Positions 1 to 12,780 of a stretch of 64,000 bases of DNA are shown one piece after another. The notes under the pieces were generated by a model. It was not told the DNA's origin. It did no database searches and saw only the letters and a list, made by a program, of their open reading frames with translations. Both the position numbers and the translations under genes were made by a program. Origin of the DNA: Tricharina praecox (Eukaryota). The DNA is taken from positions 186,001 to 250,000 of the forward strand of contig NW_026250433.1 in assembly GCF_024521635.1 (NCBI RefSeq), given 5' to 3'. How positions within the stretch are numbered: the first letter of the stretch is position 1; each line of letters starts with the position of its first letter.

Positions 1-346
1 GCAGCTGAGCAGTGAGGACCGGAAACCCGCGGCAGGAGCAGGTAATACCGTACTCGTCAGCATCGGGTCATCTACTTATACCGTAGGCGTAGCTGATCAC
101 CGGAACCTCGCGGCAACCGTAATATCGTACTCGTCAGCACCGTGCCACAACCTACACTGTAGATATACCGATAAACGCAGCCGAGTTGAGGCCGGAAACC
201 TGCGGAAGGCGTAACTACATAGCAGGTACTCGTCCACATCGTGGCATACCGTACCGTACGCAACCGGATCACTAATACATAGTAAACCCGCACCGGGGGT
301 AGATAAACAATAAAACCCAAAGTGGCGCAACCTTAGCCTCGATCTA

Positions 347-395
347 AAGACCGAAGACCGAAGACCGAAGACCGAAGACCGAAGACCGGACCGCA
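347..395. repeat. (AAGACCG)n heptanucleotide microsatellite, about 6 units
   Basis: Direct reading: aagaccgaagaccgaagaccg... Confidence 0.9.
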
Positions 396-3350
396 AGACG
401 AGATCCGTCACAAACAGAACAACGCGGACTGACTCAGTAGTTACCGTATGGGAGGCGTGCCGCAGGACCTGCTTCCGAGGCTACATAAGCCCGGCCCCAT
501 AGTCACTCTTTGTCCCATCCTCAATGTAGATGGAGCATTCTCCGGGGGCGAGGCAGTGGCTTATGGGAGTGATCTGCTGGATCACAACACATCAGCTCGC
601 CCGTAGGCTGTAGGCTGTTGATCCGAACCGGCCGTATGTACTACCAATAATGCAAAGCTGACCGCGGCGGGAATCCGATGTCGTACCTACATACCCGAGT
701 GGCGATGAGCAAAGCTTTGAACTCGAAAAGACCAGTCACCAAGTCTTACCTACCGTGAGCGCGAGATGCTTAGGCCTTTTCTTTGGCTACTATTATAGAC
801 TCGACTCCCTCCCCACTGGGCTTAGTTATGACCAACCCTATATTCGCGGTTTACAGAGTACTCCAGCTCGAGCTATGTACATAGCAATAGGCCTTTCTAC
901 TAGGCACCTCTCTTTCCTTGGGACACCTACCCTTTTTTTCCCGCACGATGCTACCTTTTTGGAATCCAAAACCGAGTGATGGTCTATGAACATATTGCCG
1001 CAACCTCCCTTCATCATTCACGAATCATGACTGTCCGGACTCCGATATAACTAGCCACTATCTGCATCAAGGCCCATGTTTACTGTAGCTTCATTGGCCC
1101 TTCGGGGGCGGGGGGGCTAAGGTGCCTCGCTTATATAACAGGGAATGATATATATGAGGGGATTAACAGGTTATGTAACTGCGCTCTGAGGCTTGACAAC
1201 TGTTGCTTCAAACTGTTTTTTTCCGGTGAATGAGGGTATGATACATAGTAGGTAGTGATCTGTGCCCCGAGGGATGGATAAGATGGATTGGATGGTCTAT
1301 GTACGCTGCTACATCTCTCTCTGCGCGGTCGAGATGAATCAGTACCGGTAGGTATACGAACGAGTGCGGACTCGCTGTTTGCGATATTAACCAGCCAGCA
1401 ATGGTCCATGGATCAACAAGCCGGCGCCTATATACAATACTAGTTGGATGTACCTATGCCCTCGATAGGTGTCTCTCCATGTCACTCTCGTTCCTAGCTA
1501 CGGCACCCATGTAGCATAATAGGGAAATAGTAACGCGGCCATGACCCGGCGGACTTATCTCTTGAGCCATGGAGCCCTGCCATGCCCATCGCAGTATGTA
1601 GATAGGTGGGGGAAACACAGTAAGATTTTGAGCGGGAGGCCGTAGGCCCGTTACCCGTAGTAATCCTCCCGCCCCCTACGTACGAGAATACCTACTACAT
1701 ACCCTACCCTACGCACTCAGTGCTCACAACCTGGTGTCCGCTCACGAGTGTAGGTAGTAAACCCCAGTAGCTACTACATACTACTAGGTAGTAACTGGTA
1801 GCCAGCCAACTACTAACCGGACTGTGCCAGCCGGGTCTGCAATATCTGTCTCTCTCTCTCTGTTTTTTCCCTGCTCTCCAAGCGCCCAGGGCCCAGGCTG
1901 GAGTGCAGGAAAGACTGTGACGAACGAAACAATGCATATATCACCTTGGGGGCGGCGGATTGATGGGCGTTTGCCACCGGCCAGCACCCCACCAGCCAGA
2001 TCATTCGCCGCTGAGATGTGGGGGTGGGAGGGAGGGAGCGCGGGTGCGGGTGCGGGTGAGGTGGGGGGAAGGGGAGATAAGCGGACGCCCCAAAATCGAC
2101 GGGGCATGGTGGTGGCATGGATTGGATTGATGAACTTTGAGGGTTTAAGCAGCAGCTTGGGGGAACTTCCCCATCAAGCCATACCTCCCCCCCTCGATGA
2201 ACCTGGAACTGGGGATTTGGTTAGCTCAGGAGGATTGGCATGTGGAAGAGTGAGATATCTACCCATCTGCACAGTGACCCGCGGAGTTTTTTTTCTCCTC
2301 TTCCTTGTAACTATGTCTGTCTGCGTGGTGTACGTAAGTGTGTTCAAAACACTCTAGATCTGCCAGATAGGCTTTTTGCGGGCAGCGGCGGGCGGGATCA
2401 ACCGTGGTCGTGCAGAAATATTCATAGGAAGGAAGGAAGGAAGGAAGGCACAGGGAACAATGGCTGGAACGAACGAACGCGGAACGACGGAAAAATATGC
2501 CTGCCCTGCCCGTCTCTGCTGGCTCCGTCCGGAGCGAGCGAGGACGGAAGAACCCCCCTCCCCCCAGGCAGGACGGAACCGCCCAGTAGGTGGTAGACGA
2601 CAGCGGCAGTCAGAAGTATATTGGACAGCTGGCCGGTGCTAGTGCTGGCTGGTGGCATGGTTTCCGGGACGAGCGAGATCACGGCTATGGATCCAATTGA
2701 ACGAATCCTTCCCGCCAGCCAGCCAGCCAGCATGCAACTGCATGTCCCAGATAACCGCTCCCCCCGGACCCCCCAGACGAAGAACAGGTGCGAAACGTAA
2801 ATTTCCCAGAGATGGTTTTCCGGAGCCACCAGACTCCATGTCGAATGTATGTCTGGTGCCTAGGTAGGTAGTTAACGGCGCATCCCGCGTCGGAAGACAG
2901 TAGAAGCATCCCGAATACCTGCCTTCCCACCCATAGAGTCAGCACCACCACCACTTCGTATGTACCTTACTGTACGAGTACACTGCCAACTAGCTCCCCT
3001 CTTGGGCGAAAACGGGTCTAGAATGTGAGCGAATGGAGAGTCGTAACGTACTTGCGACCCAGATGCAAGAAACTGCCGACCCTAAATGCAGGCGGCGGTT
3101 CAGAGATTATGCAAACACACTCGCCTCCCTGCTGCCTCGAAATACGCTGCTGGCGAGCCAGCCGGGTATAGGTAGGTGCGCCGGGATGGGAGTTTGCTAC
3201 CTGTCGTTCCTTACCCACCCGTTGGTTGCCTGGACTGCTAGATACGAAGGCCTCCGTCACGTGCACCCGGCGCGGCACCACCAGGGTCGTTTTTTGTTCG
3301 TTGTTGACAGCTGTCGTCGTTATTGTTGTTTTCGTCGTTGTGTTGTTGTT

Positions 3351-3351
<1 letters not shown>

Positions 3352-3418
<67 letters not shown>
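3352..3418. repeat. (TTG)n trinucleotide microsatellite, about 22 units
   Basis: Uninterrupted TTG tract; it explains the poly-V, poly-L and poly-C spurious ORFs. Confidence 0.95.
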
Positions 3419-5161
3419 CGTTGTTGTCGTTGTGTTGTCGTCGTCGACGTCGGCGGTGTTGCGGTCGCTCAGACGTTTATCCGCTCACCGGAGGTCGAGC
3501 ACATAGGGTGGTACCTAAACTCACGGAGGAATGCGCCGCATACTCCATGTATGTATGCACAGTAGAGTATGTATGCACAGTAGAGTAGATATGCGCATAG
3601 ATTAGGTACGCTGATGCTAGGGCGCATCGTGCATACACGCCCTTCTGCAGACGCAGATCTCGAAACGGATGTGTCCTGCCGCCCGCGCTCAAATATCTGT
3701 TTTCCCCCTCCCCGCACTGCCCCAGACCCGGACCAGAACCCTCAGACGATGGGCGATGACGCTGATGTGCTGATGATGATGATGGTGCGGATGATTCAAC
3801 GGATGGGGTGCGTTCGATACAACACGCAATCTGTATCATAATAGATATCTGAATCCCGCAAACAGGCAATACGGTATGGTAGGTACTATGCACCGCCCCC
3901 CCCCCCCCCCCCCCCCCCCTCCCGACTGCAGACGTTCGTCCGTCGTCTCAAGAGGTAAGAGAACTGCAATCATGAGATATTGTTTCTGCAGCGTCTCGAC
4001 TTCCCCCCGCCCCGCACCGCAATCCTCAAGTTCAAGGGTCCAACAACACCGGCACCACCACCACCACCACCACCCACCGCTCCCCCTCCGGATCCCTCCT
4101 TCGTGAGCAACTTTTTATGTAAGCCCAATGCAGGGCCGAGATTACCGCACATGCGTGTCCAGACTCCAGACTCCACTGTCCAGACGTGAGTGAACGTGCA
4201 AGTAAAAGAAACAGACAAAGAGGAAAAAAAACACACACACTGCACATCCCACCCAGGCCTCAATATCAGCTTTCGTCACCGATGCCTATGTAAGTAAGTA
4301 TCTACCCTAGGTATGAAAGTACTGATAGTGGGCCCTTTGTGCCATCGTTAATCAAGCCTCACGCCCCCCTCCAGGCTCCCGCCGTGGCTGGCAGAGACGG
4401 AGATCCGGAGACGGCTTGCGGGTGGCGATACTATAGTGTTTCGCATGCCCCCGTCTGTCTGACTGACTGAGTGACTGACGTCTCGCGGCATTTACATACC
4501 AAAACGTCTCGCAGAGTCGCAGGCGGGCTCGAGATCATTGCTGCTGCAGTGTGCACTGTGGAATCTGGACGCATAGGGAGGGGGGTTCGCTGGGAGCGAG
4601 CATCACTTCCCCGAGACGGACCCATCACCATCACCATCAGCGGACGTTTGTTAAGATATACAGACTTGCACACACACTTAGACAACCCTCATGGACCTCC
4701 CCCGCGTGCAAACCCCGAAAACGAAATCGTGTGTGGTGTCTGTGTGTGGTGTGTGATGTGTGTGGGTGTGTGTGTGTGGGTGTGTGTGTGTGGGTGTGTC
4801 AAACAAGGGAAGAAAGAAAAGAAACATGGTGGTGTCCGTGTATATGATAGCGATCGAGCGAGCGGCGAGCGCAAACTGCGGTGCGCTGAGAGGGGAGATC
4901 ATGGAGATCATGGATATCTGGATATCTGAATATCATTGCTGTCAGATGCTTCAAGTCTTCGAGGCTTCATTGGCCGTGGACCGTACCTATGATACTGACC
5001 TACTGACCGTAGGATCGCACCTACTCACTTGACTTGACTTGCCTCCTACCTGCTAGTAGTGCTATGCGTTTTTCTGTTCAGTGAAGCGGTGTCCATGTGT
5101 AGCCAGTAGGTAGCTAATAATGCTAATGTTCCTTCTTTTTTTTTGAGAAGAGAAGTGAAAA

Positions 5162-5275
5162 GGCAATTGCAATGGCAATGGCAATGGCAATGGCGAATCG
5201 AAGTTGCCCATTGCCCAATAATGCCCAATGCCCAATGCCCAATGCCCAATGCCCAATGCCCAATGCCCAGTGCCT
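5162..5275. repeat. (GGCAAT)n followed by (TGCCCAA)n microsatellites
   Basis: Direct reading. Confidence 0.9.
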
Positions 5276-8200
5276 ACCGATGACATGTATGATGGAGAAC
5301 CTGGAGGTTGGATCCCTTGGGCCTTGGCAGCAGACTCCCACCATCCCCCCTCTCTTCCGGTATTACTTACTCAATGTACGTCTCCGTAGAGTATGTAGCC
5401 GCGCAAACAGGTGCGTACGTAAGTACGTACTGCTCCAGAAGTCCGTACATACCTATGCGCCGTGCGCCTCCATTAAAGTAGGTAGATGAAGCCCACGCGC
5501 GGAAGCAGTCGATGTCGACGTCGCGCGAGTGATCAGCCGTGCGCCGGTCTAGCTAGCTACAACTAGGTAACTAGCACCATGCGATAAGGCTCTTCTGTGG
5601 TGCTTTCGGGGCGGGAGGGGAGGGCGGGAGGGTCGAATGATACCCAAGTGAAACCGCTCTGTTCCCCCCATCGAGTTTCACGGTGACGGCAGCCATACTC
5701 GAGCTTTATGTAGGAGTAGGTAGTCCAGGGCGCACCAATATTTACTTTCACCGCCCCGTGGTCGGTCGGTCGACTCCGCTGTCTACATACACATTTACCG
5801 CCGCTGACGCCGCCGAGTCGCCGACCCGTCACGAGAAACGGAACGACCCTACACGGAGTACCTCCCTCTCTCGTATATTGTACCAAGTATGAATCTACTC
5901 TAAAAAAGCAGCTGTGAGTGAGAAAAGAAAAAAGGAAGAAAGAAAAAAACAAAACAAAACAAAACAAATGCCGGCCTACTAGCCATCTGCAGGCCCAGCT
6001 GTGGACTTGTGGTGCCCGTGGCTGGTAGGCAGGTAGACAGGCAGGCCGTGTGCGTACGCGCCCCCTCTCCTCTCCTCTCGCTCTCGCGTCGCCTACATAT
6101 CATACCTACACAATTCGAAAGAGCAGAAGCAGGAGCAAGAGCCAGAGCAAGCAAGAGCTGGCGGGGCGGGGCATGGGGGGCATGACACCGACACCGACCC
6201 GACGGCCTGACCTGGGATGATCCGAGTGTGAGCGCTCCAGCTCCAGCAGAATTCCCTCACGAATAACTACCATACCTACCATACCTACCATACCTACCAT
6301 ACCTACCATGCCTACCATGCCTACCAGGAAACGGAAACGAGATCTAAAGCACGTATGTAGAGTAGGTGGAGTAGGTAGAGTAGGTAGAGTATGTAGAGAG
6401 ATATTTGGTCGCTGGTCGGTGGTTCTCGCTCTGGTTGATTGGTTGGTTGGCTGGGAGATGAGTGTATGATAGACCTTCCTTCTTACTCGAGCTCGAACCG
6501 AACATACATCATACATCATACATCACACATATGTACATGGACCGACACCGACACCGACACCGACACCGGACACGATAAAAAAGTCAGACGATGCAGACGA
6601 TGACTTGGGGTTTTTTGTTGCGCGTCTGGCTTTTCTTTCCTTCTTCTTCTTCTTCTTATTCTTGTTCACATCCGACTTCGCGATCCAGGGCGGAGGGCGC
6701 GGGGTCTGCTATGTAGAGTACGGTATGTATGATAAGTGTGAGAAGAAATGACCCGAAGACGGAGACAGACCGCAGGCAGGCAGGCAGCAAGGGGGAAGGG
6801 AGGGAGGGAAGGAGGTTGACTGGCGGCGGTGAGAGGACCTACATACTGCCCTGCAAGCCCCATGTCGTCAGAACTCGGTCTCTGATGTCATGATGTGCTG
6901 TATGTAGGGGGGACAGACATGATACATGATACATGTATCATGTATCATGTATCATGTATCATGTGTGTGTGTGTAAGTACGAGAAGTGGGGGTTTTTTTT
7001 CTTCTCTGCTGCAAATGCAGAGAGCGGGTACGAGAGAGAGAGAGAAGGGGTGGGACGCATGCGAAGGGGAATACCGACCGGTAGTTAGATGGATGGATGG
7101 ATGGCTGATGCCCATGCTGATACATATACCTTCACACAAATAGCAGAGTCGAGTGGCTGTGGGTACACTGTGCACTGCGCGCGCCTCGGAAACACAGCCT
7201 TGAATCCGACGAGGTTCTAGACATATCGACATACCCAACCTACATACGCGTATATAACTACGGGGATGCATATCAACGCGAGAAGGTGGAGTTGTCCCCG
7301 GTGGGGGTGGGGGATGGGGGGCTATGTGTTCGTTTATCGCTCTTGCGAACCATGGCGGCCAGCCCCCCGGCCGGTATCAACATCCAGCACCACCAACCAC
7401 CAACCCACCACCACCACCCACGGGCCCAGATCCCATCGTCTCGTCTCAAATTCTGCAGCAGTGTAAGAAGGAAGAGAAAAGAAAGAAGAAAAAACATTGA
7501 AATTTTCGAGAGAGAGACCGCACACTCGAATGCCCAGCGCCCTGCACTCTGCTCTGCCTACATGTGCTCCATGCCGATTTCGGTGGGCCGGCGACCGTTC
7601 CGTGCCGGGATTGGCGGGTACTCTACTCTACCTACTCTACAAAGTGAAGTGACGATGATTGATATCCCAAAAGTCCTCGTGCTTTCTGCTGCTGCGTCGT
7701 CGGCCATCACCACCACCACCACCACCACCCACAACAACCACCACCACCACAACCACCACAACCACCACAACCACCCACACTTTATTTCACTCCCTCCCTC
7801 ATTCCTTCCGCACCCACCGCCCGCCGCCGCACTCCTCCGCTAATCGACACGCACACGGGGCGAGCAAGGAAGTCCCTGCTTGAGTGCAGCAGCAGCAGCA
7901 AAAGGAAGGAAGTGTGGTGGGTGTCGCTGGCTGCCTCGCAGTGGCTACCACCTACGGTAACTACTATCTAACTACCAGCGTGCGTGCCAGTTGTGCTGCT
8001 GTGCTGTGCTGTGCTGTGGGTGGAGTAACTATGGTCCACCTATGTACGAGCAGTTACTCCAAGTATCTCTCTAGCCATGTATGATACAGTACACACATGC
8101 TATATCGCAGCCCCCACTCACTTTCTTCTTCTTCCTCCCTTTCCCTACCTCTGCCTCCCCCCCACACACACACCCATACAGGCACACTCACTCTCACCCC

Positions 8201-11200
8201 CATCTCTTCGCTCCGCTGCATATACGGCCAGCAGCCAGAGAATGCGGACTCCGGATACCTATGTCTCGATGCAAGACCCACCGCAGCCGGGAGGGGGGAA
8301 CAGATCCTCGTTGCCGCCTCCGGCAGGGCGAATGTAGCCTCCCAACGTCTCAGCTCTCAGCGTCTCAGCGTGCCGAGAGTGCCGAGAGTGCCGGGAGCAA
8401 CATTGAGCTTTGAGCATCATACATAGACCCCATACCGTATCGTCTCGGTGATGGTCGATTCCTTCCACGATCCACAATCCACAGTCCACGGCATCCAGAG
8501 ATCTTGCCGGACTAGACTCGGAGCGAATTCTCGGGAGCGAGAACGTCCCGTCGCACGGCGAAACGACGGGTGCATTGCAAGCTAGCTCGCGGGGCCATTG
8601 GAATATAGTATATAGCATTGTAGGTATACCTAAGGTAGTACGGTACTCCAAGTCGTTGATTTGGTGCAACTCAACTCACACGCAATCATTCGGTTCACCG
8701 TTCACCTTTCGGCGGCCAACCAGCTAACCAGCCAAGTTCCAACAAGCCCAACGCATCACTGCGGACGGGATTGGGGTCATCTGCGATACCTACCTGTGAA
8801 GAAACAAAATCTCAAAAAAGTTCAACGGATCGGGTGGCTACGAGACCACGAGACTTGGTGGTCCAAGACACCGAACGATGTCCAACGGGCAGACAGCTCC
8901 TCCAATGTCGAGGTGAATTCAGCCATGTATGTATATACATACCGGTACCTCCGTGACCCCGTGCCTCCATCCGACGACTGCGGCTGCCGTAGAGCCGTAG
9001 AGCCGTAGAGCCGTAGATATACCGGTACCGGTACCGGTATTTCGGCATCGATGCTTCGGCGGGGTGATAGGTACCTACTTCAAGGGAGTGGCGGTGTATG
9101 TAGGGCAAGGTGCTAGTACCTATGTAAGTAGCACACAAAAGCAATAGGTAAAAGCAATGGGCACGGTACCTATTCTACTAGGTAGTATCTATATGCCCAG
9201 AGGTCTCCTGTTCAAAGCTCAAATAATTACCTACTAGTATCTACATATCAAGCTATTAGGTACGTGATCTTTCCGTCGAGTAGGCTTGTATGTACGGTAA
9301 GTACCGGTAGGTCCATACGCCACTCCAGAATCCAACGGCGCCCTCCCTGAGTCTCCCTCGTGAGCCGTGCATGGCCTGGCCTGGCCTGGCCTGGCCACAT
9401 GGGCACCGTACCGTACCGTAGGTATGTACAAGTTACAACGGTTAACTACGGACTGACGGTAGACCTCTCCCACCTCCACCTCCACTTCCACGACCTACGT
9501 ACTAACCAACCTATATCTTCCGAAGTTCCGAGACCTTTCCTACACACTCTACCTCCCGGCGTCTCCGCGGCTCCGCGCCGCGCACTTCCAAGTTCCCAGA
9601 GTGACAGTTCCAACAGGTGATCCGGACCCCTTGCCCCTTGATCCCTTGCCCCTTGTTTTGCAACCGAGATCGTCGGTCTATCGGTCGGGCGGTGGGTTGG
9701 TCGGTCGTGCTCAAAGCTCACGTTGTCCTGGCGGCGGCGGCGGGCGGTCAGGGCTCACGAGCCCTGCTATGTGCTATGTATACATATCATACAGGCGAGT
9801 CCCTGGGTACATAGCTTGGGGGCGCGCGCGTGCCCTTCGCCATCGCCGTCATGACGCAGCACTCGGGCGGGATACTGGCGACGACTATCTGCAGGGTCTG
9901 TGGTGCTGAAGTATCACCTGTATCCGCCCGCCAGCCACCCGTGTGGCGAGGTTGGGCCCTTTCCCGCCGTTGCTCTCCTCCCTGAGCCCGACCTCCCTCG
10001 CGACCTCCGCCTTAGCCACACTGCACTCTGCACTGCACTCCTGGCTGGTACATATGGTGGCCACCGACCGACCGAGTACCTACAACTAGTACTAGCAGTA
10101 GTAGCAGCAGAGTAACACCGCTGTCTGTCGGACTCATGTAGCATACCAGTTACTACGGTATGCTTACGACATGATTGGCCCGGACCCATGCCACAGCAGC
10201 ATCGAGCCCAGACTCCGTATGTGTGTGTATGTGTGTGTGTGTGTGTGTGTGAAGTAGCACGCCGTTGCAGCTCGCAAGCAAGCATCAAGTCCCCAAGTCC
10301 CCAAATAAATAAAAAACTGCGCGGCGGCGCGCGCGAGCGAGCGAGCAGGGTCATGCCATTCATGTAGTACTCTATGTACTCTCTTTTTGGTTTTTTTTGT
10401 GGTGGGTGGGTTGGATGGATGGGTTAGGTGGGTGGGTGCACTGGGTGGGTGGGTAGGCACTCGGAGTTTTGCGGGGGGGGACGGAGGCGACCAGGCAGCT
10501 CAACCAACCAATCGACCTATCGCGTCACCCATAGATGGGGGGAGGGACCTATCCTATCCCTTTCAACCCATTCAATCTGCCCAACAAGAAACTTCCAAGT
10601 TCCACCCCCCGACCGACGGGACATGAACCGACAGGGCTTGGAGGAGGAGGGGGCGGCGGTGGGAGGGGGGAGGGGGAGGGAGAGGAGAAGAGAGGAAACT
10701 GACCGTCCTGTATGATGTACGCCCAACTTACAGAACGGGGGTGGTTTTTTTGGCAGTGTGCGCACGCGGTTCTGTGACGATATGATCGAAGGAGGGTGGA
10801 GAGGGTGGAGCCGGCACGGTGCGGAGGGCAATTCGGTTAACCCCATGAGGCGAAAAGAGAGAGAGGCAAGAGATGTGTGTGGACTCTTGCTCGCTCGCCG
10901 CTCGCCTTCGCTCGCTCTCTCCTTCGCTCCCTCCCTCGGTCTCGCAGCTCGCTCGCTCTCTTGCTCTCTCTTCGGAAACCAACGAGATGGACTCGGAGGC
11001 GAGGTGAGGCGAGGCGAGTCGAGTCGTCTAGAGTATGTACTCTACTCTACCTACCGGTAGTCTATCTGCCTGCATCTCCCAGAGAAACACACAGCCTGCC
11101 GGGTACTTAGCAGCGATAATGGCCACGTCCCATGAGAAGGATTCCCACCGGGCAGGTTCATTTATCACTCAACGACGACGACAGCAACAACGGCGACGAC

Positions 11201-12780
11201 GACGACGATGACGGCACTAACCGTGGATTGGCAGCCTTGAGGCGACTGACTGACCGTCGATGACAGAGTACCGTAGTTGGCCAAGGTACAGCTTGCAACT
11301 TGCAAGCAATATGACATGGTGATCCGCGACTGTGCTATAAGCTGGTGACCAACCGCGAACCGGAGAGGGAAGGGAACACCGATAAACCAAGATCATACGG
11401 CCGCGAGTGGTAGATAGACTGGGCGTCGATCGGGGGGAAGGAATTGGAAGGACGGAGAGGGGAGGAAGGAGGGGGGGAGAGAGAGTGAGCAGAGAGGAGA
11501 GAGTAGAGAAGAGAAAGGAGGGAGGAGGAGGAGAAGGGCGGAGGGACGGGAGAGACACAATTGCCGCGTAAGAATCTTGGTGACGATGCAGGCTGTTGTT
11601 GATGATAGATGGGTGCGAAGATCCGAAAGGCTTCTTTCCGACCGATCAGGCGTTTCCTGCTGCCGCCGTCCGTCGTCGGGACGAGGCATCACTATGGCAA
11701 AAGGGCCGTATGTATGTAGACCAAAGTACTGGCGCCCAGTGGCCTGGAGGGAGGGCACTCGATGGAGAAGTCCGCAAGAATTCAAGGCTGCGTAACTACG
11801 GGCAGAGGGTACATGGAGCTACCTCCCGGGGTGGCTGTAGGTACTACGTCCGGTATGCGGAGTGCTCACCATCTCGCTCGCTCGCTCGCGCGCTCGGTCG
11901 TCTCGCTGCTTTCCTGCTTTCCTGGCTGCGCAACAACAATTACCACCACCACCACCTCGACCACCACCACACCTACCACCACCACTTCCTCCACCACCAC
12001 CACCTTCTTGCTCCCACCTCCCACTTCCACCACAATTCCTCCTCCCATCCTCCCACTACGCACAACCCCCCCTCCCTCCCCTGCCTCCTCCCCCACCAGT
12101 GCTCCCAATACGTCCAACAGGAGAGAAAAAAAAGAAGTGCGTGAAGAGAAAGAATAGAGGGAAACATACCGTGAAAGCGACTCGGACTCAGCGATTCTTC
12201 GCCGTAAATCCTCTAACCCACCCCCTCCCTCCTAAATTCTTTTCTCCCACCCTCCACCCTCCACCACCACCCCCCCAACCACCCCGACAGCGTGGCCCTC
12301 TTCGAGAGATAACGTGGAGCGCCGCCGTACGGGTCCTGTACATACCACACACACACTCTCACACACACTTACACTTACACTCGCACACTCTCACACACAC
12401 GCACACACACACTCTTGCCGTCTGCGCTCATACTCTCGCCTTCTGAGATATACGGTTGCTGCACGCCCGACACATATTGCCCTCTCTCTCTAGCTGCTGG
12501 CCCTGTCCTCCTTCAACCCTCCGAGATTCTTACAAAAACGACTGGTCGAAAAAGGGTGTGGATCTGTCGACTCCTGCTTCTGCCTGCCTGCCCGCTTGCC
12601 TGCCTGCTTGCCGACTTGCCTGCCTGCCCTAGCAGCGGAGGGAAACTTTACTATATTCAGCCCCTACGTTATATACCATCCACCTCGACCACCTTTCTGC
12701 GATCTCTGCGATATCTCGATCTATCCTCACTCCAACCTTTATTTGGATTCAAAGTGTGCCTCTGTCCCACTCTATCCTTG

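Noticed and set aside
1..240. Hammerhead ribozyme (CTGACGA on the minus strand) or CRISPR-like array
   Set aside because: GAAA lies on the opposite strand and stem II cannot be built; the repeats are too degenerate, the context is eukaryotic and there are no cas genes
440..750. Minus-strand spliced Cys-rich exons
   Set aside because: Splice-like signals exist, but there is an in-frame TAA just upstream, no start codon and no recognisable protein
3033..3588. Poly-Val, poly-Leu and poly-Cys ORFs
   Set aside because: Artefacts of the (TTG)n microsatellite
11596..12446. His-, Thr- or Pro-rich ORFs
   Set aside because: Produced by (CCA)n low-complexity leader sequence that is open in all frames
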